Of a stretch of DNA of 64,000 nt, positions 29,884 through 38,300 are shown one piece after another (the first letter of the stretch is position 1; each line of letters begins with the position of its first letter). The notes beneath the pieces are model-generated. The model saw nothing but the letters and a program-made list of their open reading frames with translations, did not search any database and was not told where the DNA came from. The position numbers and the translations under genes were made by a program. The DNA is from Rhodothermales bacterium (GTDB lineage: Bacteria > Bacteroidota > Rhodothermia > Rhodothermales > JAHQVL01): NCBI GenBank assembly GCA_045106435.1, contig JBGCEN010000317.1, positions 776 through 64,775 of the forward strand. The letters are read 5' to 3'.

Positions 29884-31329
29884 ATGAGCTGTAACAATTT
29901 TACGAAAATACAAAGCCGGCGCGATTTTCTCGCAAAGTCAACGCTTGGTTTTGGTGCTTTGGGCTTGTCCTCGATCCTTAACCCAATAGATGCAGCAGCA
30001 GCGGATGATGAGGGGCTGGCGGGTGCGCTGGGTAAGCCTCATTTTGCCCCCAGGGCCAAGCGGGTAATTTATCTTTTCCAGAGTGGCGCGCCTTCTCATT
30101 TGGAATTGTTTGATCCCAAGCCTTTGCTGGAGACAATGAATGGCGAAGAACTGCCAGATTCAGTCAGACAAGGCCAGCGCTTGACTGGAATGACAGCAGG
30201 ACAGACCTCTTTTCCCTTGGCGGGCTCTCAGTATAAATTTCAGCAGCATGGTACATCTGGTGCATGGATGAGCGAACTCCTGCCGTACCAATCAGAAGTT
30301 GCAGATGAATTGTGCATAATAAAGTCGATGTACACGGAGGCGATTAATCATGACCCTGCAGCGACATTTATGCAAACGGGGTCCCAATTCCCCGGCCGGC
30401 CGGCTATTGGCTCATGGCTGGATTACGGGCTCGGAAGCGACAATGAGAACTTGCCAGCTTATATCGTTTTAATTTCAAAAAACCGGGGTGGACAACCATT
30501 GTATTCCCGATTGTGGGGGAATGGCTTTCTGCCGGCTCAGCATCAGGGGGTGCAGTTTCGGTCCGGAAAAGAGCCCGTCCTGTATTTAAAGACGCCCGAG
30601 GGGGTAGATCTTGAGGACAGGCGAGCACAGCTCAAGGTATTGCGTCAAATGCAGGAAATGCAGTTCGAGACTTTTAAAGACCCCGAAATAGAGGCGAGAA
30701 TTGCTCAATACGAAATGGCGTTTCGCATGCAAACTTCTGTGCCGGAAGTCACGGATACATCGGGAGAGCCCGAGCATATCTACAACCTGTATGGAGAGGA
30801 TTCCAAAACACCTGGCACATTTGCAGCAAACTGTTTACTTGCCCGTCGATTGGCAGAGAAAGGGGTGAAATTCATTCAGCTTTATCATCGCGGCTGGGAT
30901 CATCATGAAAATCTGCCGGCAGGGATTACACGTCAGTGTAAAGACACTGATCAGGCTTCAGCCGCACTGATTAAGGATCTTAAACAACGTGGTATGCTAG
31001 ATGACACGCTCGTTATCTGGGGTGGGGAATTCGGAAGAACAAACTATTCGCAAGGTGCCCTTTCGATAGATAATTACGGGCGGGATCATCACCCAAAATG
31101 TTTTAGCCTCTGGATGGCCGGCGCCGGTGTTAAAAAGGGATACTCATATGGCAAAACAGATGAGTTTGGGTATAACATTGTAGAAAATCCGGTGCACGTA
31201 CATGACTTCCATGCCACGCTGATGCATCTCCTGGGCATTGATCATGAGCGTCTGACCTATAAATTTCAAGGACGTCGGTTTCGATTAACCGATGTGCATG
31301 GTAAAGTGGTAAAAAGCATTTTGGCATAG
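29884..31329 (+). CDS. DUF1501 (sulfatase/alkaline-phosphatase-superfamily) protein with a Tat signal
   Basis: [18 protein letters not shown] Tat motif. DUF1501 hallmarks ([55 protein letters not shown]). Confidence 0.85.
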   Translation: MSCNNFTKIQSRRDFLAKSTLGFGALGLSSILNPIDAAAADDEGLAGALGKPHFAPRAKRVIYLFQSGAPSHLELFDPKPLLETMNGEELPDSVRQGQRLTGMTAGQTSFPLAGSQYKFQQHGTSGAWMSELLPYQSEVADELCIIKSMYTEAINHDPAATFMQTGSQFPGRPAIGSWLDYGLGSDNENLPAYIVLISKNRGGQPLYSRLWGNGFLPAQHQGVQFRSGKEPVLYLKTPEGVDLEDRRAQLKVLRQMQEMQFETFKDPEIEARIAQYEMAFRMQTSVPEVTDTSGEPEHIYNLYGEDSKTPGTFAANCLLARRLAEKGVKFIQLYHRGWDHHENLPAGITRQCKDTDQASAALIKDLKQRGMLDDTLVIWGGEFGRTNYSQGALSIDNYGRDHHPKCFSLWMAGAGVKKGYSYGKTDEFGYNIVENPVHVHDFHATLMHLLGIDHERLTYKFQGRRFRLTDVHGKVVKSILA

Positions 31330-31483
31330 GGATCATCTTTTTTTGAACCACTATTAAGCCTGCCTACGATTAACCTTTTTACTTACAATTGAACTTAAGA
31401 CTTGCGTTGGAATGCCGAAACGGATTGAATGAACTATGTGCGTATGTGCACATCATTCTTTGAGCTAGTCTTTTGGGGTTTTC

Positions 31484-33427
31484 ATGTCAAGATTCGAGCA
31501 GGATGTATTCCTGGAAATGACCGAGAAGTTTGCGGGTATCGGTTGGTGGCGTATTGATTTGGTGGATAACACCCTGACGTGGTCGGATCTCGTGTATAAA
31601 ATGCACGGGCTTGAAGCTGATATTTATACCCCTGAGCTAGATACAGCCATTTCTTTTTATCACCCGGAGGACCAGTCTAAAGTAGAGCAATATGTAACTG
31701 AGGCCATTCAGGAAAATACTTCCTTTGAATTTGAACTGAGAATCATTCGACCTGATCACTCTGTTAGGTGGGTGCACTCAAAGGGTCAATGTGTAAGTGA
31801 CGCCGATGGCAATGTGACAGACGTCTATGGTATGTTTGAGGACGTTACAGAAGAGCGGAGAGCAAAAGCTCGATTTGAACTATCTATTGATGCGGCAAGA
31901 GCTGGTGTATGGGATTGGAGTATTCCAAAGGGGACATTCATTACCAGTCCTCTATTTCATGCCATGCTTGGCGAGGAGCCTGCAAGAACGCCGCTAGAGC
32001 TCTCATATTTTTTAAATTTGCTGCATCCCGAAGATGTGCCACGTGCAAATGAGGAAATTCAAAATGCACACAGCATCAAAAATTACATCTACGACATTGA
32101 TTTTCGTTTAAGGTGCAAAGATGGTTCGTATAAATGGATTAGGAGTGCGGGCCAGGTTGTTGAGTATGATGTTAATAATGCGCCGCTAAGGATGATTGGT
32201 TTGCATTTTGACATTAATGAGCAAAAAAACAATGAAGAACAGCTAAGAGGGGCCCTTAATCAAGCTAAGGATGCAAACAAAGCAAAAAGTGAGTTTCTGG
32301 CAAACATGAGCCACGAAATTCGAACACCGATGAATGGCGTGCTTGGTATGACTGACTTGTTGCTTGCCACAGCATTAGAAGATGAGCAGCAAGATCTGGC
32401 GATGTCTGTAAAGCGCTCAGGTGAGACTTTGCTTCGTGTTATCAATGATATTCTGGACTTCTCCAAAATTGAAGCAGGGAAGATAGAGTTGGCCCCAGTC
32501 GTGTTCTCAATTTCAGAATTACTGGGGGATTTACCCAAGTTGTACAATGTACTGGCAACTCAGAAAGGTATTTCTTTGCATTTGAGTGACTCGCTGGATG
32601 TACCGGAGTTTCTATATGGCGACGCAGACAGACTGAGGCAGATACTTGTAAATCTGATAGGAAACGCGATTAAGTTTACTCCCGAGGGAGGACATGTATG
32701 TGTTTCTGTTTTCGGGCATAAAAAGGAGGCTGACCACGTCGAAGTTATGTTTAGCATTAGCGACACCGGTATTGGAATCTCAGAGGAAAAGCAGCAAAAG
32801 ATTTTTGATGCTTTTGTTCAAGCAGATGCAACCACGACCCGGAATTTTGGCGGCACAGGTCTTGGTCTTGCAATATCGTCGGAGTTGGTTTCGATTATGG
32901 GTGGCACAATAGATTTAAAAAGCACGCCCGGCTTTGGTTCTACATTTTCATTTACTGCTCGTTTTGGAATATCAGAGGCGCCTGTATGTATAGATGAACC
33001 ACCTGCATCTATATCTGAAAAATGCCGATCGCTGAATATTTTGCTGACAGAAGACAACATCATCAATCAGAAAGTCGCAGGAAAATTTCTCGAGCATGCT
33101 GGCCATACTGTCGTGGTCGCTGATAACGGAGAAATTGCAGTTGATAAATTTAAAGAAGGGACGTTTGATATTATTCTGATGGACATACAAATGCCCGTCA
33201 TGAGTGGTGAACAGGCGCTTGTTGAAATCAGGGCATTGCCAACTGGTCACCAAATCCCGATTATAGCTTTAACAGCAAACGCCATGGCCGGAGACCGCGA
33301 AAAATACCTTGCGGAAGGGTTTGACGGGTATGTATCCAAACCCATCCGCAAAGAAGAATTATATGCCGAGCTCAAACGATTGAGTGATGCCTATAGAAAT
33401 CCTGCGCTTGTTAGGGAAAAGAAGTAA
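31484..33427 (+). CDS. Hybrid sensor histidine kinase/response regulator (PAS-PAS-HisKA-HATPase_c-REC)
   Basis: Two PAS/PAC-like units (WWRIDL..., VRWVHSKG; GVWDWS..., YKWIRSAG). H-box SHEIRTPMNG, N/G boxes (GNAIKFT, DTGIGI, GGTGLGL), and a receiver domain (ILLTEDN..DIILMDIQMP..ALTAN..K). Confidence 0.9.
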   Translation: MSRFEQDVFLEMTEKFAGIGWWRIDLVDNTLTWSDLVYKMHGLEADIYTPELDTAISFYHPEDQSKVEQYVTEAIQENTSFEFELRIIRPDHSVRWVHSKGQCVSDADGNVTDVYGMFEDVTEERRAKARFELSIDAARAGVWDWSIPKGTFITSPLFHAMLGEEPARTPLELSYFLNLLHPEDVPRANEEIQNAHSIKNYIYDIDFRLRCKDGSYKWIRSAGQVVEYDVNNAPLRMIGLHFDINEQKNNEEQLRGALNQAKDANKAKSEFLANMSHEIRTPMNGVLGMTDLLLATALEDEQQDLAMSVKRSGETLLRVINDILDFSKIEAGKIELAPVVFSISELLGDLPKLYNVLATQKGISLHLSDSLDVPEFLYGDADRLRQILVNLIGNAIKFTPEGGHVCVSVFGHKKEADHVEVMFSISDTGIGISEEKQQKIFDAFVQADATTTRNFGGTGLGLAISSELVSIMGGTIDLKSTPGFGSTFSFTARFGISEAPVCIDEPPASISEKCRSLNILLTEDNIINQKVAGKFLEHAGHTVVVADNGEIAVDKFKEGTFDIILMDIQMPVMSGEQALVEIRALPTGHQIPIIALTANAMAGDREKYLAEGFDGYVSKPIRKEELYAELKRLSDAYRNPALVREKK

Positions 33428-34402
33428 CTATTGTATTTCGATAACTGCACCCTCTGAAGCAGATCGGTATAGTGCCTGGATAGCAGCTATGTTGCCCCGG
33501 CTATCCGATAGAGAAAGGGACGGTTGGCGCTTCTCTATGATACAACTTGCCATTTCTTCAACTTCATCCAGATAGAGCAGATTGCCATCCACTGCAATCT
33601 TTTGTGTGTCATTTCCCTTGGTAAGATGAATATAACTCCTCATGCCTGGCTTAAAGGTCATGGGCAATGCAATGCTCCCTTCGCTTCCTGATACCTCTGT
33701 GAACATTCTGAATTGCGTTCGAAAGCCAGAATCAAATTGTGCAGTAATATCGTCTGGAAAGTGGAGCTGTGCAGTGAAGGAGACATCTATGCCTGAAGGG
33801 CTTTTTACGCTGTGTCCGTAAACGTGCGTCGGTTCTTGTCCGATAATGAATCTGGCATAATTCAACGGATAACATCCAACATCCCAAAGGCTGCCCCCGC
33901 CCAGCTGGTTATTCCACCGCACGTCGCCTTCCCGGTTTAGCGCAAAAGTAAATCCTCCCTTGACGTGATGGATTTTGCCAATCTCGCCGGCTTCAACCAA
34001 CTCCTTTACTTTTAGTGTTCTGGCATGATAGCGATACATGAAGGCTTCCATGAGCACCGTACCGGCGTCTTTGGCCGCTGCGGTCATTTTGTCAACGTCC
34101 TCTACCGTTAACGCAAGCGGTTTTTCGCAAAGTACATGTTTGCCAGCTTGCGCTGCTTTTATAGCCCATTCCGCGTGCATCGTATTGGGTAGCGGTATAT
34201 AAACTACGTCAATGTCTTTGTCAGCAAGCAGCGCTTCATAGCTGCCATAAGACTTAGGAATGTCTCTTTCTTTTGCATAGGCGCTTGCTTTTTCAGCATC
34301 CCGGCTTGCCACAGCAAGTAGCTGGTTTCTAAAAGAAAGACGAAGAGGTGGAATCAGTGATCTGTTGATACGAGCAGTGCCGAGTATACCCCAATTAAGC
34401 AT
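33428..34402 (-). CDS. Gfo/Idh/MocA-family NAD(P)-dependent oxidoreductase
   Basis: N-terminal Rossmann fold (NWGILGTARI) and EKP motif (HVLCEKPLA), with typical length. Its stop codon directly abuts the stop of the convergent kinase gene. Confidence 0.85.
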   Translation of the reverse strand: MLNWGILGTARINRSLIPPLRLSFRNQLLAVASRDAEKASAYAKERDIPKSYGSYEALLADKDIDVVYIPLPNTMHAEWAIKAAQAGKHVLCEKPLALTVEDVDKMTAAAKDAGTVLMEAFMYRYHARTLKVKELVEAGEIGKIHHVKGGFTFALNREGDVRWNNQLGGGSLWDVGCYPLNYARFIIGQEPTHVYGHSVKSPSGIDVSFTAQLHFPDDITAQFDSGFRTQFRMFTEVSGSEGSIALPMTFKPGMRSYIHLTKGNDTQKIAVDGNLLYLDEVEEMASCIIEKRQPSLSLSDSRGNIAAIQALYRSASEGAVIEIQ

Positions 34403-34538
34403 TATATTCTGAATGGTTTGTATTATGTTTGTGCTGGTAATTTTGCGCCAGGACTTCTTGGAGAAGTATAAGATAAATTGTTGTTATACCAAAACTGATT
34501 TGCCGTAGGCCGCGGCGTAATTTGAGTACCATCACCGT

Positions 34539-36722
34539 ATGCATGATTCTGTTAAACATCCACTGACGCTTCGTTTTTTAGACGCTGACCTGGAGACACA
34601 TTTCATACGAGATTATATCGATAAGTCTCGCCGGCCTATTGAGATCGGGATTATCGCAGGATTGATCGTATATGGATTGTTGTTTGGCATTATGGATTGG
34701 GTGCAGTCCACCAATGCATTGTCTCAGATTCTTTGGATACGCGCTGTTGTCTGTGTGCTGGGCATTCTTGTGATGTGGTACAGCAAATACGCCAAAGACC
34801 CGCAATATCTCCATGAGGCTGTTTCATTCCTGATTTTTGTTGCCGGGTTGGGTTTGTTGACCATGATTCTGCTTGATAACTCGGTAGATGCGTACCTGGA
34901 AGGGCCTGTATTACTCATCTTGCCGGCTTACGTGCTTTTTCGATTGCGTTTTATCTATGCGTCTGTGGTAGGCATTTTATTGTTTGTGCTTTACTGTATT
35001 GTGATTTACTTCCTCGAAGGCATGCGGGCCACCGACCTTTGGGCAAGCGCCATTTTTCTTTTTGCTGCAAACTTGATTGGCATGGTCGCCGGCTATGCAC
35101 TGGAAAACTACGCGCGAAAAGAGTTCTGGCAAACGATGGTCATTGATAAAGAGCGAAAGGCCAATGCGGAGTTGCTGGAAGTAAAGAACAGGTTCTTTGC
35201 CAACATCTCTCATGAAATAAGAACACCGCTTACGCTTATTGTTGGTCCGCTTGATGATTTGCTGAATGGTAAGGATAACTTGCCGGCGCATGTTGCCCGG
35301 GTATTAAAAGCTGCCCTGAAAAGCGGGGACCGTCTTCTAAAGTTTATCAATCAACTCCTCGATCTTTCCAGGCTTGATGCGGAGCAGGTGTCGACGACTT
35401 TTCACAGGACAGATCTGGTTGTGTATCTGGATGCGTTGATCGAGACGTTTCAGCCTTTTGCAGCATCTAAAGGGATCTCTCTCCAGTTTATACATGAAGC
35501 AGAGGAGATTGAGTTTGTAAGTGATTACGAGATTATCGAAATAATTGTGTCCAATCTCGTTTCGAATGCCGTGAAGTATACACCAGCTGGTGGTGCAGTG
35601 CGTGTGGCTGTAAAGCCACAAAAGGAGGGGGGCATGCTGATTGAAGTGAAAGATACCGGTGCGGGGATTCCTGCAAGCGCATTGCCGCATATTTTTGATC
35701 GTTTTTACCGCGTTCCGGCAACGGCTGATACAAAAATTGAAGGGCTTGGATTAGGCTTGTCTCTTACAAAAGCAATGGTCGCTCAGCTGTCCGGGGAAAT
35801 CGAGGTGAAGAGCGAAGAAGGACTTGGGTCTTTGTTTACTGTCACGCTGCCTCCTGTTGCGCCACAGTCAACAGTCATTGCACTGGAAAAGCCGGCAAGA
35901 GATCATCATAAAGAAGATGGTGCTCAACTGGAGGATCAGAATTCTGTATTTGAAGGATCACCAGAGGCAACAGAGCGAGCGTCGGTTTTAATTGTAGAAG
36001 ATGATGACAGTGTGCGCGCTTACTTACAAGAATGTTTGAGTACGTATGATACCTTTGAAGCCCATGATGGAATAACAGGGCTTCGATTTGCAGCCGAGCA
36101 TATGCCGGATATTATAGTAAGCGATTTGATGATGCCCCGTATGGATGGGCAGCACTTTGTGCAAAAAATCAGGTCGGATATGATGCTCAGCCATATACCT
36201 TTCATTATGCTGACAGCCAATGTGTCTGAAGAAGCACGATTGGCAAACCTTGAGGACGGTGTAGATGATTTTTTAACCAAGCCTTTTAATAAGCGCGAAC
36301 TTCAGTTGCGGATTCGTAATATGCTTGCCTCCCGACAGCGCGCGCAGCGAATAAATCGTTCACATGTGGTGATGGAGCCGGCACTTGAAGAAGTGCAATC
36401 TTCAGAACGTGTCTTTCTTCAGAGATTGCAGCAATCTGTTGATCAACATTTGGGTGAAGAGCATTTTAACGCGGATGCACTTGCCGATGAGCTTGGTGTA
36501 AGTGTGCGACAACTACAGCGTAAAGCAAAGGCCTTGCTGGATGAGACACCCACAGCACTCATCCGAATTATGCGATTAAAAAAAGCAGCACACCTTCTTG
36601 AAGGAAATTATGGCGGTGTTTCTGAAGTGGCTTATGCGGTAGGATTTAACAATCCTGCCTACTTTACTAAATGCTTTCGGGAATACTTTGGTGAAGCGCC
36701 GTCAAACTGGAAAAAGCAATAA
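34539..36722 (+). CDS. Hybrid two-component regulator: polytopic membrane sensor - HisKA - HATPase_c - REC - AraC-type HTH
   Basis: About 6 N-terminal TM helices. H-box SHEIRTPLT, with SNAVKYTP, DTGAGI and GLGLGLSL. Receiver domain (VLIVEDDD..DIIVSDLMMP..MLTAN). C-terminal HTH_AraC (VAYAVGFNNPAYFTKCFREYFGEAPS). Confidence 0.9.
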   Translation: MHDSVKHPLTLRFLDADLETHFIRDYIDKSRRPIEIGIIAGLIVYGLLFGIMDWVQSTNALSQILWIRAVVCVLGILVMWYSKYAKDPQYLHEAVSFLIFVAGLGLLTMILLDNSVDAYLEGPVLLILPAYVLFRLRFIYASVVGILLFVLYCIVIYFLEGMRATDLWASAIFLFAANLIGMVAGYALENYARKEFWQTMVIDKERKANAELLEVKNRFFANISHEIRTPLTLIVGPLDDLLNGKDNLPAHVARVLKAALKSGDRLLKFINQLLDLSRLDAEQVSTTFHRTDLVVYLDALIETFQPFAASKGISLQFIHEAEEIEFVSDYEIIEIIVSNLVSNAVKYTPAGGAVRVAVKPQKEGGMLIEVKDTGAGIPASALPHIFDRFYRVPATADTKIEGLGLGLSLTKAMVAQLSGEIEVKSEEGLGSLFTVTLPPVAPQSTVIALEKPARDHHKEDGAQLEDQNSVFEGSPEATERASVLIVEDDDSVRAYLQECLSTYDTFEAHDGITGLRFAAEHMPDIIVSDLMMPRMDGQHFVQKIRSDMMLSHIPFIMLTANVSEEARLANLEDGVDDFLTKPFNKRELQLRIRNMLASRQRAQRINRSHVVMEPALEEVQSSERVFLQRLQQSVDQHLGEEHFNADALADELGVSVRQLQRKAKALLDETPTALIRIMRLKKAAHLLEGNYGGVSEVAYAVGFNNPAYFTKCFREYFGEAPSNWKKQ

Positions 36723-36775
36723 GAAAATTTGCTTGAAGTCGAAGATTGCGTAATCTGAAGTGCTGAACAAAAAAT

Positions 36776-36814
36776 GGAGGTAGAGACCGATGCCCACGAA
36801 ATGTCTCTACCTCC
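36776..36814 (+). terminator. 12-bp perfect hairpin 54 nt after the kinase/AraC stop (candidate terminator)
   Basis: GGAGGTAGAGAC-15 nt-GTCTCTACCTCC. It is preceded by an A-run (acaaaaaat). There is no downstream U-tract on the plus strand. Confidence 0.45.
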
Positions 36815-36950
36815 GTGCCCAGTTGCAATGAACCATCCTTTTGCAACCTTGGGGCCAAAGAGCTAGATTGTCTAAAATAGCCGTTTTGAGGCACCTGGCT
36901 ATATTTAATGACTAAAAATACTGCACTATTGTGCGAGTGATTGTTTGAAA

Positions 36951-38246
36951 ATGCAAAAATCAGATAACAACCCAATGCCAACATTTCGATCGGTTTTATT
37001 CTTTGTTTTTATTTTCGTTAATCTCTCTGCGTGCCAGCCAAATGGGGGAGAGGCAGAAGAAGAGGTTGTCTGGCGCAAGGGGAATTTGCATACGCATTCA
37101 CTCTGGAGCGATGGTGATGACTATCCTGAAATGATCATCAAGTGGTACAAGGAAAGAGGATATGACTTTCTCGCCCTTTCTGATCACAATACATTGGCAG
37201 AAGATGAACACTGGTCTCCCGCTCATTATAATCGAGGCGGCGAGACTGCTTTTCAGCGTTATGCAGCTACCTTTGATTCGTCCTGGGTGGAGCAAAAAGT
37301 AGAAAATGATACGCTTTGGGTTCGCCTGAAAACGTATGCTGAGTATAAATCGCGTTTTGAAGAAGCCGGCGAGTTTCTATTGATAAAGTCTGAAGAAATA
37401 ACCGACGGCTTTGAGCGAAAACCCATCCACATCAATGCTACAAATATTGCTGAATATATTGAGCCACAAGGCGGGACTTCTGTCAGAGATGTTATGCAGC
37501 GAAATATAGATGCTGTATTAGCTCAACGATCGGCGTTAGATGTTCCGATGTTTCCACACATCAACCACCCCAATTTCGGCTGGGCTATTACTGCAGAAGA
37601 TCTCATTGCTTTGGAAGGCGAACAGTTTTTTGAAGTCTATAACGGACATCCGGCAGTAAACAATTATGGAGATGACGATCGTCCAGGCATGGAGCTTATG
37701 TGGGATATCATCTTAACGAGACGCATACTTAACAATCAGGAGATTATGTTTGGCATTGCTGTAGATGATAGTCATAATTACCACGAAGAAGGCCTGGAGG
37801 TAAGTAATACGGGAAGAGGATGGGTGATGGTAAACAGCGCCTCATTAAATGCGGCATCCGTTGTAGCAGCTATGGAGGCCGGCGATTTTTACAGTTCCTC
37901 AGGTGTAGTTTTGGATGCAGTTCAGTTTGATGGCAATCAAATTGATATAACAATCGCTGCAGAAGAGGGCGTCACGTATACAACATCGTTCATCGGTACC
38001 CGGGCCGGGCATGACAGTACCAGTTCAGCTGTTGAAGTTGATGGCGCTGCGATTACAAGGAAGTATAGCGAGGAGGTTGGCGCTGTGCTGGCTGCCGTAG
38101 AGGGCCCCCATGCTACGTATACGTTTAATGGCGATGAGCTGTATGTTCGCGCCAAAATCGTTTCATCAAAACTGAAAGCGAATCCTTACCAGGAGAATGA
38201 ACAGGAAGTAGCCTGGACACAACCTGTATTGGTTATGCAGAAATAA
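36951..38246 (+). CDS. Secreted PHP-domain-like metallo-phosphoesterase (CehA/McbA-like)
   Basis: ORF 36945 (TTG) / 36951 (ATG)..38246. Lipoprotein-like signal (FVFIFVNLSAC). PHP N-terminal motif GNLHTHSLWSDGDDYP, then FLALSDHN and VDDSHN. Confidence 0.6.
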   Translation: MQKSDNNPMPTFRSVLFFVFIFVNLSACQPNGGEAEEEVVWRKGNLHTHSLWSDGDDYPEMIIKWYKERGYDFLALSDHNTLAEDEHWSPAHYNRGGETAFQRYAATFDSSWVEQKVENDTLWVRLKTYAEYKSRFEEAGEFLLIKSEEITDGFERKPIHINATNIAEYIEPQGGTSVRDVMQRNIDAVLAQRSALDVPMFPHINHPNFGWAITAEDLIALEGEQFFEVYNGHPAVNNYGDDDRPGMELMWDIILTRRILNNQEIMFGIAVDDSHNYHEEGLEVSNTGRGWVMVNSASLNAASVVAAMEAGDFYSSSGVVLDAVQFDGNQIDITIAAEEGVTYTTSFIGTRAGHDSTSSAVEVDGAAITRKYSEEVGAVLAAVEGPHATYTFNGDELYVRAKIVSSKLKANPYQENEQEVAWTQPVLVMQK

Positions 38247-38257
38247 GAATGGCGTCT

Positions 38258-38298
38258 AACCCTGAACCTTGAACCTTGAACCCTAAACCCGGAACCCA
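38258..38298. repeat. Heptad tandem repeat (NNTGAAC-type): AACCCTG AACCTTG AACCTTG AACCCTA AACCCGG AACCC
   Basis: Read directly. It fills the 54-nt spacer between convergent stops at 38246 (+) and 38301 (-). Confidence 0.9.
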
Positions 38299-38300
38299 CC

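Noticed and set aside
15167-34402. DUF1080 (15167-15859), the xylose-isomerase-like TIM barrel (25446-26345) and the Gfo/Idh/MocA oxidoreductase (33428-34402) as one oxidative 3-keto-glycoside cleavage pathway.
   Set aside because: These three families do co-operate in recently described oxidative glycoside-cleavage routes. Here, however, they are 8-10 kb apart, on different strands and in different transcription units, so there is no operon-level evidence.
36951-38246. The PHP-domain protein as a CpsB/Wzh-like phosphotyrosine phosphatase partner of the Wzc kinase.
   Set aside because: It is 433 aa with a secretion/lipoprotein signal, whereas CpsB is about 240 aa and cytoplasmic. It is transcribed convergently to the locus and separated from it by a repeat-filled spacer. 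The link is not supportable from sequence alone.
38258-38298. The heptad repeat contains CCCTAAA, the plant-type telomere unit.
   Set aside because: Only one unit matches. The array is a degenerate TGAAC-type repeat located between two ordinary bacterial genes. Nothing suggests a chromosome end.
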